Origin: a virus | Virus record (IMG/VR): IMGVR_UViG_3300010354_000050 | Location: 32,001-96,000 of that record | Length of the DNA stretch: 64,000 bases | Reading direction: 5' to 3' (one strand) | Shown here: positions 31,452 through 42,091 of the stretch, piece after piece | How the letters are laid out: every line of letters starts with the position of its first letter | Numbering within the stretch: the first letter of the stretch is position 1 | Program-made: the position numbers and the translations under genes | Notes under the pieces: model-generated | What the model was told of the DNA's origin: nothing | The model's input: the letters and a program-made list of their open reading frames with translations, nothing else | The model's database searches: none

Positions 31452-31758
31452 TTTCAACTAGATGCAGTAAATCTAAGGTTTGCCAAGAGCAAACCTTTTT
31501 TTGACAGCTCTTTTCAATTATGCTAATATGGGAAATTCAGTTAAATGACTAATACAACAGCAGATCAAAAACTAAGCAAGATCATCACAGACCTAAAAAA
31601 AAGGTTAAAGAAGATTTGCTAAAATGGTTCCTAGACGATAGTGAGTGAGGTAGGAGTGGTTACACTCAGGGATATGAATATAGAGTCCAAGAAGCCTTAA
31701 TAGGGTTGAGGAAAATCAGAAAAAGCATTGATTAGTTCTTTTATAGGGGAAGGCTACA

Positions 31759-32943
31759 TTGAACAAAATTTTTTTTGGTAATTGTTTGGAAATTATGAAA
31801 ACCTTGAAAGACAATAGTATTGATTCCATTGTTGCTGATCCTCCTTATGGATTAAGCAAAGAACCTAAGATTGAAGAAGTTCTTTCCCATTGGCTTGCAG
31901 GAAGTGAATACCAACATGGGAGCAAAGGGTTCATGGGGAAATCTTGGGATTCTTTTGTCCCTAACCCTGATGTCTGGAAGGAATGTTTCAGGGTGTTAAA
32001 GCCAGGTGGACATATTCTATGCTTTGCAGGAACTCGTACCCAAGACCTAATGGGCATTTCCCTCAGGTTAGGTGGTTTTGAAATTCGAGATCAAATTCAA
32101 TGGGTATATGGTAGCGGATTCCCAAAAAGCCTGGATGTTTCAAAAGCAATTGGTAAATCTTTGGGCATTGAAAGGGAAGTCTTAGATACCCAGGTTAGAA
32201 AAAGTGGGGAGATGGCTCACATCATGAAAACAAACAGTGAGCAGGGTTATCGACCTGAAGACTATTACAAAGATTTTGGAAACATCCTTAAAATCACAAA
32301 GCCAGAAAGTGAAGAAGCAAAACAGTGGGAAGGATGGGGCACTTCTCTAAAACCCGCTACTGAACCTATTATTTTGGCTCGTAAACCTTTCAAAACCACT
32401 GTAGCTAATAATGTACTAGAGTGGGGAACTGGTGCTATAAATATTGATGGTTGCAGGGTTTGTCCAAGTGAAGGCAGTCTGGGGAGGTGGCCTGCTAATT
32501 TTATCCATGATGGTAGTGATGAAGTTTTAGAGCTATTCCCTCAAACTGGAACTAACAAGAAAGGTGGAAAACCTTATTCCTACCAAGGAAAAGAGTACAA
32601 TAATTCTAAAACTTCTATGTTCAATGGGGATAAGCCACAAGCCTTCAGTAATTATAACGATTTTGGTTCAGCAGCTAGATTTTTCTATTGTACAAAAGCA
32701 TCTAAAAAAGAAAGAACTTGTAATGGCAAAGTAGTAAATAACCACCCTACCGTTAAGCCACTAGCCCTGGTAGAGTATTTGGTTAGGTTGATTACCCCTC
32801 CAGGAGGAATTGTCTTAGATCCTTTTGCAGGAAGTGGAACTACAGGCATAGCTGCACTTAAAGAAGGATTTCAATATGTCCTTATTGAGTTTGAAGAGGA
32901 AAGCTATAATATCTGTTGTGAAAGAATAAATTCTTTCCTGTAG
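31759..32943 (+). CDS. N6-adenine/N4-cytosine DNA methyltransferase (beta class)
   Basis: DPPY near the N-terminus; HPTVKP and LDPFAGSGTT near the C-terminus. Confidence 0.92.
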   Translation: MNKIFFGNCLEIMKTLKDNSIDSIVADPPYGLSKEPKIEEVLSHWLAGSEYQHGSKGFMGKSWDSFVPNPDVWKECFRVLKPGGHILCFAGTRTQDLMGISLRLGGFEIRDQIQWVYGSGFPKSLDVSKAIGKSLGIEREVLDTQVRKSGEMAHIMKTNSEQGYRPEDYYKDFGNILKITKPESEEAKQWEGWGTSLKPATEPIILARKPFKTTVANNVLEWGTGAINIDGCRVCPSEGSLGRWPANFIHDGSDEVLELFPQTGTNKKGGKPYSYQGKEYNNSKTSMFNGDKPQAFSNYNDFGSAARFFYCTKASKKERTCNGKVVNNHPTVKPLALVEYLVRLITPPGGIVLDPFAGSGTTGIAALKEGFQYVLIEFEEESYNICCERINSFL

Positions 32944-33262
32944 GTTGGAAATTACTTGACAAACTTAAAAAGTAAACTAAAATAGCTTTTAGTTCTATTT
33001 AGGTTATAGAATATGAAAGTTCAAGATCTTTGGGAAATGTATGATGGGGGCATACCCCCTCTTGAGATCAAAAAAAAAGATGTGAATCCAAACTTATTGC
33101 TAACAAAGCTTTAGCAGAAGCTATGGAAGACATATGGATAGACTATGATTTTCTTCTTGAATAATTAATTGATTGATTAGAGCTAACTTATTAAAGTTAG
33201 CTTTTTTGTTGACAAACTCCTAACATAGTGATATACTAGGATAGTAGAGTAAGAGAATAAAA

Positions 33263-33883
33263 ATGAAAACCTACCTAGACCTGATTAACTTTGCAGACAA
33301 ACAACCTAAAGAAAACATCCCTAATTGGGAATTTGAAAAGATAGAAAGAGTTCTGGATCTGCCTTACGAGTTCCTGTCTGAAGTAGAACAGGAATTTGAA
33401 CAGATTGAAGAAGCTATTGTAATTTCTACCAACGTAGGGAGTGCAAGTTCCTATAGGACTTACCATGTTTCTGTCGTCTACTTTGAAAATACCCCTTTTG
33501 CTATCTATAGCTGGGGTGGAAGAAGTACTTCAGATTTTGAAGAAGTTTTAGTAGTTAGTAGGGAAATCCAAAGTAAAGCAAAGCAATATGCTCTAGGGTT
33601 GCTTCCTGAAAGTGACACAGAAGAAGTTGACCTAAACTCCCACATTGAACCTGGCTATGCTGGTAACTATGTTTGGGAATTTCTAAGTCCTGAACACAAG
33701 CCGGATTTTTACAAAGTTTCTATGGCAGAACCTTGGGTTTTTAAGGGAAGAGAATTTTCTTTTGAAGGCTTTGGTTACACTCCCATAGAAGCATTAAAAG
33801 ATCTTGAGCAAAAAGTCGACTACTTTAATAGCAAGTTTTGCATTCAAATTGAAATAGGGGCCATAAAAGGAAAAAAACTTTGA
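33263..33883 (+). CDS. Hypothetical protein
   Basis: 206-aa ORF with promoter. Confidence 0.7.
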   Translation: MKTYLDLINFADKQPKENIPNWEFEKIERVLDLPYEFLSEVEQEFEQIEEAIVISTNVGSASSYRTYHVSVVYFENTPFAIYSWGGRSTSDFEEVLVVSREIQSKAKQYALGLLPESDTEEVDLNSHIEPGYAGNYVWEFLSPEHKPDFYKVSMAEPWVFKGREFSFEGFGYTPIEALKDLEQKVDYFNSKFCIQIEIGAIKGKKL

Positions 33884-34088
33884 CATTTTTCTTGACAATC
33901 TTCCTATACCTGGTATAATGAAGAAGTTAATTCGAGTTAATTAATTGTCATTAACTACTACAGCAGATAGCAATTTAAACCCAATTATTCAGGATTCTAA
34001 AGTCGAAAAAGATCTTTTTCAAGGAAAACTAGAAAAAAAATTAAAATTAGTAAAGTCATAAGAAGTAATACTACCCCAACTTTTTTAT

Positions 34089-34400
34089 TTGATTTGGTCT
34101 ATGAAATTAACAAATAATGAACTGACAACTCTATGGCTAGGGGGATTCAGGTATTATCTAGGCAGACAAACCTATGCTGTTGAAGATTTTTGCAATTGCC
34201 TAATTTCAAATTGGTCATTTCTACCTGACCACTGCAAAAGATTAATTGCCAAGGAATTGAAGGAAGCGTTTAAGCAAGATGACTTAGACAGGCTAGATGA
34301 GATGAAAACCTATCATCGCTTAGGACACAATTGTGATAGGCAAAGTTGGGCAAAAGTCTTAGATGTTGTAAATAAATATTTTGTTGACAACTTTCTCTAA
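34089..34400 (+). CDS. Hypothetical phage protein
   Basis: FRYYLGRQTY motif. Confidence 0.6.
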   Translation: MIWSMKLTNNELTTLWLGGFRYYLGRQTYAVEDFCNCLISNWSFLPDHCKRLIAKELKEAFKQDDLDRLDEMKTYHRLGHNCDRQSWAKVLDVVNKYFVDNFL

Positions 34401-34442
34401 TTGTGTTAGACTAAAGTAGTTGAGTTTGGAAATCAAAAAAAA

Positions 34443-35363
34443 ATGAAAACCATTGACTTTATCAAAACCAGTGAAGGATTTCTAGTAAACCTTCCGGCAT
34501 CTAGCAGCAAATTTATCAATGGTGAAAAACTTCTGCCAACCTTTAACAAAAACTGGTCAAAGGTTAATACTAAGCCAAAGACCTTGACTGAAACTTCTAA
34601 TAAAGTAGTTGAACGGGTATGGAAGTTAAAACCCCTGATTTCTGATTTTTCCCAACTTCCAAAAACTCTAGAATACTTTGATTATGATGACATGGAAACC
34701 CGTTATCCTGATTACGAAGGTTTCTATGAATCCTTTACTACTTATGGAGAAGGAATTAAGGAAGTTGAAGTGCAATTTGTAAAAATTGCAGAGGTTAACC
34801 TGGTTCCTGGAATTGTCCCCTTCAGCTACCAAACCAAAGATCCCTTCCCTATTACTGAAAAGAGTGTAAAATACCCACTGGTTTCTACCATTACTGTTCC
34901 AGATATTTTGCTACCTGAAACTCCTTGTTTTTTAAGTAGCAGGGAAACCTATGAAATTATTCGGAATTTTGTAAAAAAGAATATTGATCCCAAAGCAGCA
35001 CAAGTTACTTCTGATTACGATTTCTGCTTTGAAGTTTCCAAATTAGTAGAACTCCATGAGCCTGAATCTTACCAGGTTGACCTAAACTGGAATAGGAAAA
35101 AAGCAAAGCCTAAATATGAAACTCGATTCAGGACTGATCGAAAAGTAAAATGCTTTTCTATGACCCATGATGAAAGGAATTATGAAGGAAAAAGCAATGG
35201 ATTCCCTGTAATTGAAGGTTTTTCTGCAAATTCTCAAAAGGAACTTAAAGAAAAAATTGACAATTACTTGAAGGAATTGATTGAAAACATCAATAAGCCT
35301 TTAGTAGAGTGCCCTTGCTGTAAAGGTTTAGGAGTTGTTGAAAATCAAGACCTAGTTCAATAA
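34443..35363 (+). CDS. Conserved phage hypothetical protein with C-terminal CxxC
   Basis: VTSDYDFCFEV motif; ECPCCKGLG. Confidence 0.75.
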   Translation: MKTIDFIKTSEGFLVNLPASSSKFINGEKLLPTFNKNWSKVNTKPKTLTETSNKVVERVWKLKPLISDFSQLPKTLEYFDYDDMETRYPDYEGFYESFTTYGEGIKEVEVQFVKIAEVNLVPGIVPFSYQTKDPFPITEKSVKYPLVSTITVPDILLPETPCFLSSRETYEIIRNFVKKNIDPKAAQVTSDYDFCFEVSKLVELHEPESYQVDLNWNRKKAKPKYETRFRTDRKVKCFSMTHDERNYEGKSNGFPVIEGFSANSQKELKEKIDNYLKELIENINKPLVECPCCKGLGVVENQDLVQ

Positions 35364-35449
35364 TTTTAATGAAGGTTTAACTAAGGAAAGCTAAAGGGCT
35401 TTCCTTTTTTTTTCTTGACAACTTTTGATTCTTGTGTTAACATAGTAAT

Positions 35450-35812
35450 ATGTTGAGTTCAAAACTTCAAATGACTGATAAAGATGTAACCAAAGTAATC
35501 TTTCGCAAGATGAAAGATAACAGAGAAATCATTGCCCTATTTGTAGAAGTACCAGGGACTAATGAGTTCTACACTTGCTTAGCCTATGCCCATGTAGGCC
35601 AACATTTTGCAGTTGATCCTACGCTAGTTATTTCTACTATCACCTTAGCAACTCAGGATGAATATCAAGATTTGAAAGAGGAACTTGAACAAAGGGGTTA
35701 TAGCCTGAAGGTGATTAAACGCTACCAACGAAGCCATTTAGACAATAGGATGTGGAACCTAGTTCCCCATCAGGAAATGGGTGATAATCTTTACGATTTC
35801 TTCAAGCCCTAG
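35450..35812 (+). CDS. Conserved phage hypothetical protein
   Basis: VIFRK...IIALF...YAHVGQH...EYQDLKEELE. Confidence 0.7.
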   Translation: MLSSKLQMTDKDVTKVIFRKMKDNREIIALFVEVPGTNEFYTCLAYAHVGQHFAVDPTLVISTITLATQDEYQDLKEELEQRGYSLKVIKRYQRSHLDNRMWNLVPHQEMGDNLYDFFKP

Positions 35813-36573
35813 TTAACCAAATAGGGCATTGGTTTTTCTAAATTACAATCATTTAGTTTTATCAATGCCCCATTGTTTCAAAAGGTGGTAAAATTCTTAT
35901 GGCTAATTCAATTTCAGAAAAAAAAGAAATGTATCAAGAACCCTTACAAAATTACCTTAAGGTATCTGAGCAAATTCAAGAACTTAAATTGAAGCTACAG
36001 GTTTTACTAGATAATTTGCCAATAAAAGTTGACAATATTGTAAGACATAATTCAGAAGTTTGTAAAGTTTCTTTTATTTCCCATAATCACCATTGACCAG
36101 TAACAAAGAGCAATCATTCACAGGTAAGAAACAATGCGTAGCACTAGCCAACCTTGGCACGGGATTTATAAGCAACGTGGGCAACACTGGTATGCAACGG
36201 CTCACACAGAGTTGGGATCAGTTGTTGGAGCGGTCAATGGAGAGTATAGCCTAGATTGTTTTACTAATGGAGTAGAGGATTTATCTAGTATGGTAGATAA
36301 AATGTTTCAGACTATCTACCGATACAGTCATAGTGGTTGTGTTTGGTTAAGGAGGTAGGATAGGTTTTGAAATGGGAGCAAATAGTTTTTTTTTATTTCC
36401 CTATAGTCCACTAATTGAAGGGTTTTGAGTTATGACCTTTGATTACCTAAGGAATTCTTGTAACTTCTTTGCATGAACTGAGTAGTGATCTCTACAGTAA
36501 TCCCGCATCTATTTTGGGATTTTTGTAGAAGATCTTGACCTTTATCTGTAATTAATTCAGGAGCTAAAAGAAA

Positions 36574-36936
36574 ATGATTACTTCTGTTGAAGACATTCTA
36601 GCCTTAACAGCAAATTCTCAATTAGAAGATGTTGATGTAGATTGGTTTGTAAATCAACAATTTATCCCCCTACCAACTTCTAAGTATCTTGATGCAACAG
36701 AGGGGTTTCAAGGAAGACTAGAACAAAAGAACTACTGGGATGGAGAAGACTATTCTTGCACTTTGTTTTTCTATAACGGCAAACCATTCCTAGTCAAAGA
36801 TGCTTACGATGATGGTGAAGACTATTGGGATGAAGATTTTGAGATTATTGATAAGCAAGTAGCTTTGGAATTTGTCAAGGAAACCCTTGAGGTCTATAAA
36901 AATTTCTACCTAAAGCTCGTTGAAGAAGATTTTTAA
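36574..36936 (+). CDS. Hypothetical acidic protein
   Basis: ORF with AGGAG RBS. Confidence 0.6.
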   Translation: MITSVEDILALTANSQLEDVDVDWFVNQQFIPLPTSKYLDATEGFQGRLEQKNYWDGEDYSCTLFFYNGKPFLVKDAYDDGEDYWDEDFEIIDKQVALEFVKETLEVYKNFYLKLVEEDF

Positions 36937-37186
36937 CAAAGGATGTTAAACGTAATGCTAAATGTGAAAAAGTTAGAAGCACTACTGTCTACCAGCAAAC
37001 CTGTTTTGTAACAAAAGCTTGACAATTCTAGTAGCCTGTGTTATAATGGCATAAATTAGATGATTCAGCCATTTATATTAAATAAGTAAATCATCATCAT
37101 CTAGTTTCAATAGGTGTTTGGCAGTACATCTTCAGCCTATAGTTTAACTCTACTATGAGCAAACTGCTGTTGAGTTAAAAGGAAAA

Positions 37187-37534
37187 ATGAAAAAACTTTT
37201 TGCAACTTCCCTATTATCCCTAGCTGCCCTAGTTTCTATGCCAACAGTAGCAGAAGCCAGTTGTGGTCAAGCTTCATGGTATGGGCCAGGATTCCACGGT
37301 AGGCTTACAGCAAGTGGGGAAACATTTAACCAAAATGACCTAACTGCTGCACATCCTTCTCTTCCGTTTGGTACAAGGGTAAGAGTAACGAGAAATGGGA
37401 GAAGTGTCGTAGTTAGGATTAATGATCGTGGGCCTTATACAGGTGGCAGAATAATTGATCTTTCTGCTGCTGCTGCTTCTCAAATTGGCCTAAGATCAAT
37501 TGGTGTAGGTAGTGTTTGTATAACTAGCCTATAA
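37187..37534 (+). CDS. rlpA: RlpA-family lytic transglycosylase (DPBB domain) with signal peptide
   Basis: [42 protein letters not shown]. Confidence 0.92.
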   Translation: MKKLFATSLLSLAALVSMPTVAEASCGQASWYGPGFHGRLTASGETFNQNDLTAAHPSLPFGTRVRVTRNGRSVVVRINDRGPYTGGRIIDLSAAAASQIGLRSIGVGSVCITSL

Positions 37535-37637
37535 AAATCTTAGTTTTAAGTTAAAAGGCAATAGTAATAAATATTGCCTTTTTTTTTGTTGACAACAAGA
37601 CAAATCCAAACTATAATAAAATAGTCTAAAACAAAAT

Positions 37638-37710
37638 GCACCTATAGCTCAGTTGGTAGAGCGGCTAACTTGTAATTAGCAAGTCGAGAGTTCAAGTCTC
37701 TTTGGGTGCT
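37638..37710 (+). tRNA. tRNA-Thr(TGT)
   Basis: GCACCTA/TGGGTGC; GCTAA-CTTGTAA-TTAGC; T loop TTCAAGT. Confidence 0.93.
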
Positions 37711-38194
37711 TTCTTCCCAATCCTGTTGCAAATAATCGTTCTAGAATGCTAAACTAGACGAATATCGTAAAAGATTTAATAGCATAGTAGAATTTGCAGA
37801 ATGGTACTTTCAAAATTTTGAGCCTGACATTTTCTTTGGAAATATTTTTCTGGAGGGAGAAATAAATAATGGCTATGAAGATTACTTATTAAGTCTTCAA
37901 CAACAATCCTTTTGCAGACTTAATCAAGAGGATACCTTCTTAGATGAGGATATAGAATGGGTTTCCTTATTGTCAGTTACAATGATTTGCTAAGTGACCT
38001 ACACCTAAATGCAGATAGTGAAGGTTACTACTTGTTTTCTGGAAGATGCTATGGAAATGATCCTTTGCTAATATCAAATTACGGCAAAATGATGGAACCC
38101 TATTGCCTGTTGTTCCTTTGAAATCTATCCTTAAGCAGCAAGCAGTTTACTAAAAAATTGACTTTAGTGAATAGACCTGATATAATTTCTTTAG

Positions 38195-39271
38195 TTGAGT
38201 GAAAAATTAAAGATGTACTTTTTTGCAGAATTCCTGGAAATCACCCTAAATACCAAAGGTCTTGATTGGGTCAAGGATCAGGGTATATTAGTAACTCATA
38301 ACCCTGACTACCCTAACCTATACTGCTTAAAATATGGGCCTAGGGCGGTTAAAAACTCTACTTTGACAAAAGCCTGTAGGGGTACTGTTGTTGAAGAAAT
38401 TGAAGGCAATTTCAAAGTAGTTTGCTATGGGTTAACTCGCTTTTTCAATTTAGATGAACCCGACACTCCTACCGGAATACAGTTCTTTGATTGGGAAAGC
38501 TTTGTAGCTTATGAGAAATACGATGGAAGTTTAATCAAATTATTCAATTACAATAGCAATTGGTTAATTTCAACTTCAGGTACTATAGAGGGAGAAATCA
38601 ATCAGATAGGGGCTTCTGAAGTATTTTGGAAAACTTTTAATCTAATGGACTACAGTACCAAAGATTTAGACCCCAGTGTGATCTATGTTTGGGAACTTTG
38701 CACTAAGGAAACTGCTAATGTAGTAACATATAGTGAGGATTTCCTTTCCCTGATTGCCGTCAGGTCTAGAGTCAACTTTGAGGAGCTGTATCTAGAAAAC
38801 TTCTCTAAAAAATTTTCAGTAGCCCAACAGTTTTCTTTTTCTAGCCAAGAAAACGTAATCAAGTTTGCAAACTCAAGAAGAGGATCAAAATCTGAAGGGT
38901 TAGTTCTAAAAGATTGGTTAGGAAATCGGCTAAAGGTGAAGTCAAAAGAATATGTTAAATTTCACCTGTTGCTAAACAACAAATTGCCTGATTTATTTTT
39001 GATCTGGAAATTAGGTGAACTAGATGAATTTTTAACATATTTCCCCCAGTATATTCCAGAAGCCGATCTTTTGCTAAGTCAAATTTACCCTATGGAAAAA
39101 GAAGTAGAGAATTTTGTTAAAGAAAACTCTTTTTTAGAACAGAAAGGATTTGCAGAAAAGGCTATAAAGAAATTTGGCAAATTTTCTGGAGCTGCTTTTG
39201 CAATACGATCAAGGAAGGAAAGGAGTTTTCAAGATTGGTTAAGAAACAAATGCAGAACTAATCCGTTTTAA
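38195..39271 (+). CDS. T4 Rnl1-like RNA ligase
   Basis: CRGTV, RFFN, EKYDGSL (motif I), EGLVL, LKVKSKEY. Confidence 0.88.
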   Translation: MSEKLKMYFFAEFLEITLNTKGLDWVKDQGILVTHNPDYPNLYCLKYGPRAVKNSTLTKACRGTVVEEIEGNFKVVCYGLTRFFNLDEPDTPTGIQFFDWESFVAYEKYDGSLIKLFNYNSNWLISTSGTIEGEINQIGASEVFWKTFNLMDYSTKDLDPSVIYVWELCTKETANVVTYSEDFLSLIAVRSRVNFEELYLENFSKKFSVAQQFSFSSQENVIKFANSRRGSKSEGLVLKDWLGNRLKVKSKEYVKFHLLLNNKLPDLFLIWKLGELDEFLTYFPQYIPEADLLLSQIYPMEKEVENFVKENSFLEQKGFAEKAIKKFGKFSGAAFAIRSRKERSFQDWLRNKCRTNPF

Positions 39272-39525
39272 TTAAAATAAAGTAAAGGAAATTCCCTAGA
39301 TTTTCCTTTACTTACTTTTTTGAGAAAAGCACAAAATGATAAAACCTCCAACTTTCACATTGGTAGACCCATCTTCAGGACTATATTACTCTCACATGAT
39401 CTATGAGGAAGGCAGCTATAAACCTCTCTATACAGATAATGTCAAATCTGCTGCTGTATTTTTTATCAATACAGCCATGGACATTATCAAACTTTTCCCT
39501 TACTTGCAATTAACCAGTAAAACAA

Positions 39526-40185
39526 ATGATTAAAAAACTCTTAGTTATCTTAATCTTTTCCACCATCTTAACAGGAAGTTCGTTTCTGTTTGGAGTGAGC
39601 CTTACTTCTAAGGACTCAGGAGAATCAGAAATTAAACAGGAAGAACCCCAAGTAGTAGAACCACTATCTGTTTCTTTAGACTCTATTAAGCAAATTTCAG
39701 AACTTGCTACGGCACAAACTACCTTGGAAGTTATTGTCCCTGTAGAAAGTAGCAGAGTGTTGCTTGGGGTAAATGTAGGAACTTCAGCTATCTTATACAG
39801 GGCTAGGGGGGTAGCTAAAGCAGGGATTGACCTTCAGCAGTTGACCCAAGAAAACTTTATTGTAGAAGGCAAAAAAGTAACTGTAAGGTTGCCTAATGCA
39901 AAACTTCTAGATGTATACCTAGATTTACAAAATTCTGAAATTCATGAGTCTTCAAGGGGTACTTTGAACCTTGGGCCTGACAACCTAAGTGAGCTTTTGG
40001 ATTACGCCCAAAAGCAAGCTACCGAAGAAATGAAACAAACAGCTTGTTTGACTTTGATTCCTGAAGCTGAAACAAATTCTGAAGTAGCTATTGAAAACCT
40101 ACTAAAAGCAGCAGGGTTTGAAGAAGTTGTATTTGTCCCTGTAGAAGTAGGAAAAACTTCTGAATGTGGTATGATGGTGTTGTAA
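39526..40185 (+). CDS. DUF4230-like membrane-anchored protein
   Basis: N-terminal TM segment; ISELATA, GVAKAGIDL, VTVRLP. Confidence 0.75.
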   Translation: MIKKLLVILIFSTILTGSSFLFGVSLTSKDSGESEIKQEEPQVVEPLSVSLDSIKQISELATAQTTLEVIVPVESSRVLLGVNVGTSAILYRARGVAKAGIDLQQLTQENFIVEGKKVTVRLPNAKLLDVYLDLQNSEIHESSRGTLNLGPDNLSELLDYAQKQATEEMKQTACLTLIPEAETNSEVAIENLLKAAGFEEVVFVPVEVGKTSECGMMVL

Positions 40186-40266
40186 ATATTGTAACTTTGC
40201 AACTTTTTTATAGACAAAATAATGAAAAAATGTTATAATAATTTGGCAACTCTAATGGGGGTACAT

Positions 40267-40422
40267 ATGAAATTTGCCATTTCAACTTTAACAATCCTGT
40301 CTATCTTTGCTGCATTTGCTTTCCCTTCTCATGCCAATAGCCGAGATGACTTCCCTGGTAGGCGGCAAGGTGGTGGAACTTGGAACTCTGAACCTGTCCC
40401 TGTAGAAGTAGGAAAGATCTAG
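40267..40422 (+). CDS. Small secreted peptide
   Basis: Signal peptide MKFAIS...PSHA then NSRDDFPGRRQGGGT. Confidence 0.55.
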   Translation: MKFAISTLTILSIFAAFAFPSHANSRDDFPGRRQGGGTWNSEPVPVEVGKI

Positions 40423-40768
40423 ATGCAAGCAAACCCTATAGGTTTATCTACGGGGTTTGCTTTATTGCTTGACAAATTTCACTCAGTAGGTTATAATGTA
40501 CTCTAGTCTATAAAACTTCACCCTAGAGGTAATATTAATGGACAATCTCTCACAGATAAGTGATAATAAATCACTAAAAGATTTTATTAAGGCCATTATG
40601 GATCACCCTAATGACAATTTAGATGAGATTCTTCAGATTGCCAGAAAGCATGACCCAACTTGGGATGAAGAAGATGATGAATATGTCTATTGGCGTTTAG
40701 AAGAATTGAACAGTTGACAAATTCAGTCTACTAGGTTACAATATTTTCATTGAGCTAAAAAAACACAA

Positions 40769-41062
40769 ATGAAAAAAGTTTACAACCGTCAAGGTAGTCT
40801 AGTAGGTTATGTGAATGGCAATGTAGCTTACAGTAGTCTGGGTAAAATCCTGGGCTATGCAGAAGCAGGAGTAGTTAGAAACCAAAATCGTTCTAGGTTA
40901 GGTTATGTCAAGAATAACAGTATTCTTGATTCTAGTAGCCAAATCGTAGCTAATTTTAACAGCAGGAGGATCAAGGATCAGAACAATTGCTACATTGGCT
41001 ATGTCAATAATGCAAACTACCTTGAATTATCTTGTGCTGCTGCTTTGTTAACTTTGCTTTAG
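40769..41062 (+). CDS. Beta-flower-like repeat protein
   Basis: Repeated VYNxxGxxVGYV units. Confidence 0.6.
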   Translation: MKKVYNRQGSLVGYVNGNVAYSSLGKILGYAEAGVVRNQNRSRLGYVKNNSILDSSSQIVANFNSRRIKDQNNCYIGYVNNANYLELSCAAALLTLL

Positions 41063-41169
41063 AGAATAGTTGACAAATTTTCTAATGTAGGCTATCATAA
41101 ATCATGAATTAAGAAAGATACAATGACTACGGGTTTATTTAGATTCACTGTAAAAATTTTTTAGCAGAG

Positions 41170-41484
41170 ATGCAAGCAATGTTATTAGGTGTAAAGCGAT
41201 TAGGGGATCTCATTGTGGGAGATCGCATAGCCTTCAAAGCTAATCAGCTTGACAACTGGCACCAGAACTATTCAAAGCCCCATTTGAAGCTTACTTCCTC
41301 TGTCATCAATATTGACACTCTAGATTCTGGAAAACGGCAACTAACAACTGCTTCAGGGAAACTCAAAATTTACCCTAATAGCATGATCTTTGAAGTAGCT
41401 GGCCCTGATTACGATGGGAAAGCTTTTCAGACACAATATGTTGTCAATGTCCCTGAGAAATTTAACGGAATTAGTATAGAATAA
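41170..41484 (+). CDS. Hypothetical protein
   Basis: ORF track. Confidence 0.55.
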   Translation: MQAMLLGVKRLGDLIVGDRIAFKANQLDNWHQNYSKPHLKLTSSVINIDTLDSGKRQLTTASGKLKIYPNSMIFEVAGPDYDGKAFQTQYVVNVPEKFNGISIE

Positions 41485-41610
41485 TTAGTTGACAAATTTC
41501 TAGTTGCAGGTTACACTAAATAAGTAACTGGAAAATGACAAATTAACCGATTGGTTAAGTATTCTTCTGCAAAAGAAATTAATCAGGCTTTGTTTTTGCT
41601 ATAATGAATA

Positions 41611-41768
41611 AAGATAGTTCAGCAATACTTTAATCTTCTAGGGGAGCAAAAACCATCTTATCCTTTACAAATAGATGAATCAGCAATTTACTATTTATCT
41701 GGTAAAATTCATCTAGTAAACCAACAGATAATTCAGCAACTTTTAACAATAAGTGGTAAAAATTATCT
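41611..41768 (+). ncRNA. Array of three hairpins, each with an unpaired CAGCAA after the 5' stem strand
   Basis: AAGATAGTT/AACCATCTT, TAGATGAAT/ATTCATCTA, AGATAATT/AATTATCT; begins just after TGCTATAAT (41597-41605). Confidence 0.7.
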
Positions 41769-41776
41769 AGTTTTAA

Positions 41777-41850
41777 CGGGGTGTAGCTCAGTTTGGTAGA
41801 GCGCTGGTTTTGGGAACCAGAAGTCACAGGTTCAAATCCTGTCATCCCGA
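41777..41850 (+). tRNA. tRNA-Pro(TGG)
   Basis: CGGGGTG/CATCCCG; CTGGT-TTTGGGA-ACCAG; T loop TTCAAAT. Confidence 0.95.
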
Positions 41851-41878
41851 TTTCTTTTCTGTTAGAAAAGAATAACAA

Positions 41879-41948
41879 TGGTGTGTAGCTCAAAGGAAGA
41901 GCAATCGTGTTAGCCGATAGGTTGAAGGTTCGAGTCCTTTCACACCAA
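41879..41948 (+). ncRNA. tRNA-like RNA with aberrant anticodon arm
   Basis: Perfect acceptor TGGTGTG/CACACCA; normal D and T arms; anticodon arm only ATCG-TGTTAGC-CGAT. Confidence 0.75.
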
Positions 41949-42091
41949 TTCTCTATTTAATAAATTTAGAATTTGACATTTAAGAGGATCTAGGTCAGAA
42001 ATCCATCGGAAATACCACAAATAAGTGTTGACAATTTTCCCATCTTAAGCTACTATAATAAAGAACAAAAGAAAAAACAAGGAGAAAATAG

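Noticed and set aside
37740-38150. Hidden gene or ncRNA after tRNA-Thr (similarly 17230-17500 and 23150-23560)
   Set aside because: Coding-like fragments broken by several stops and frameshifts; best explained as decayed accessory genes with no assignable product.
41611-41768. CRISPR array or canonical Y RNA
   Set aside because: Units share structure and only a short motif, not an identical repeat; the Y RNA GGUCCGA/UUGAC bulged helix is absent.
41630-41893. 87-aa minus-strand ORF
   Set aside because: It is the antisense reading of tRNA-Pro and the hairpin array.
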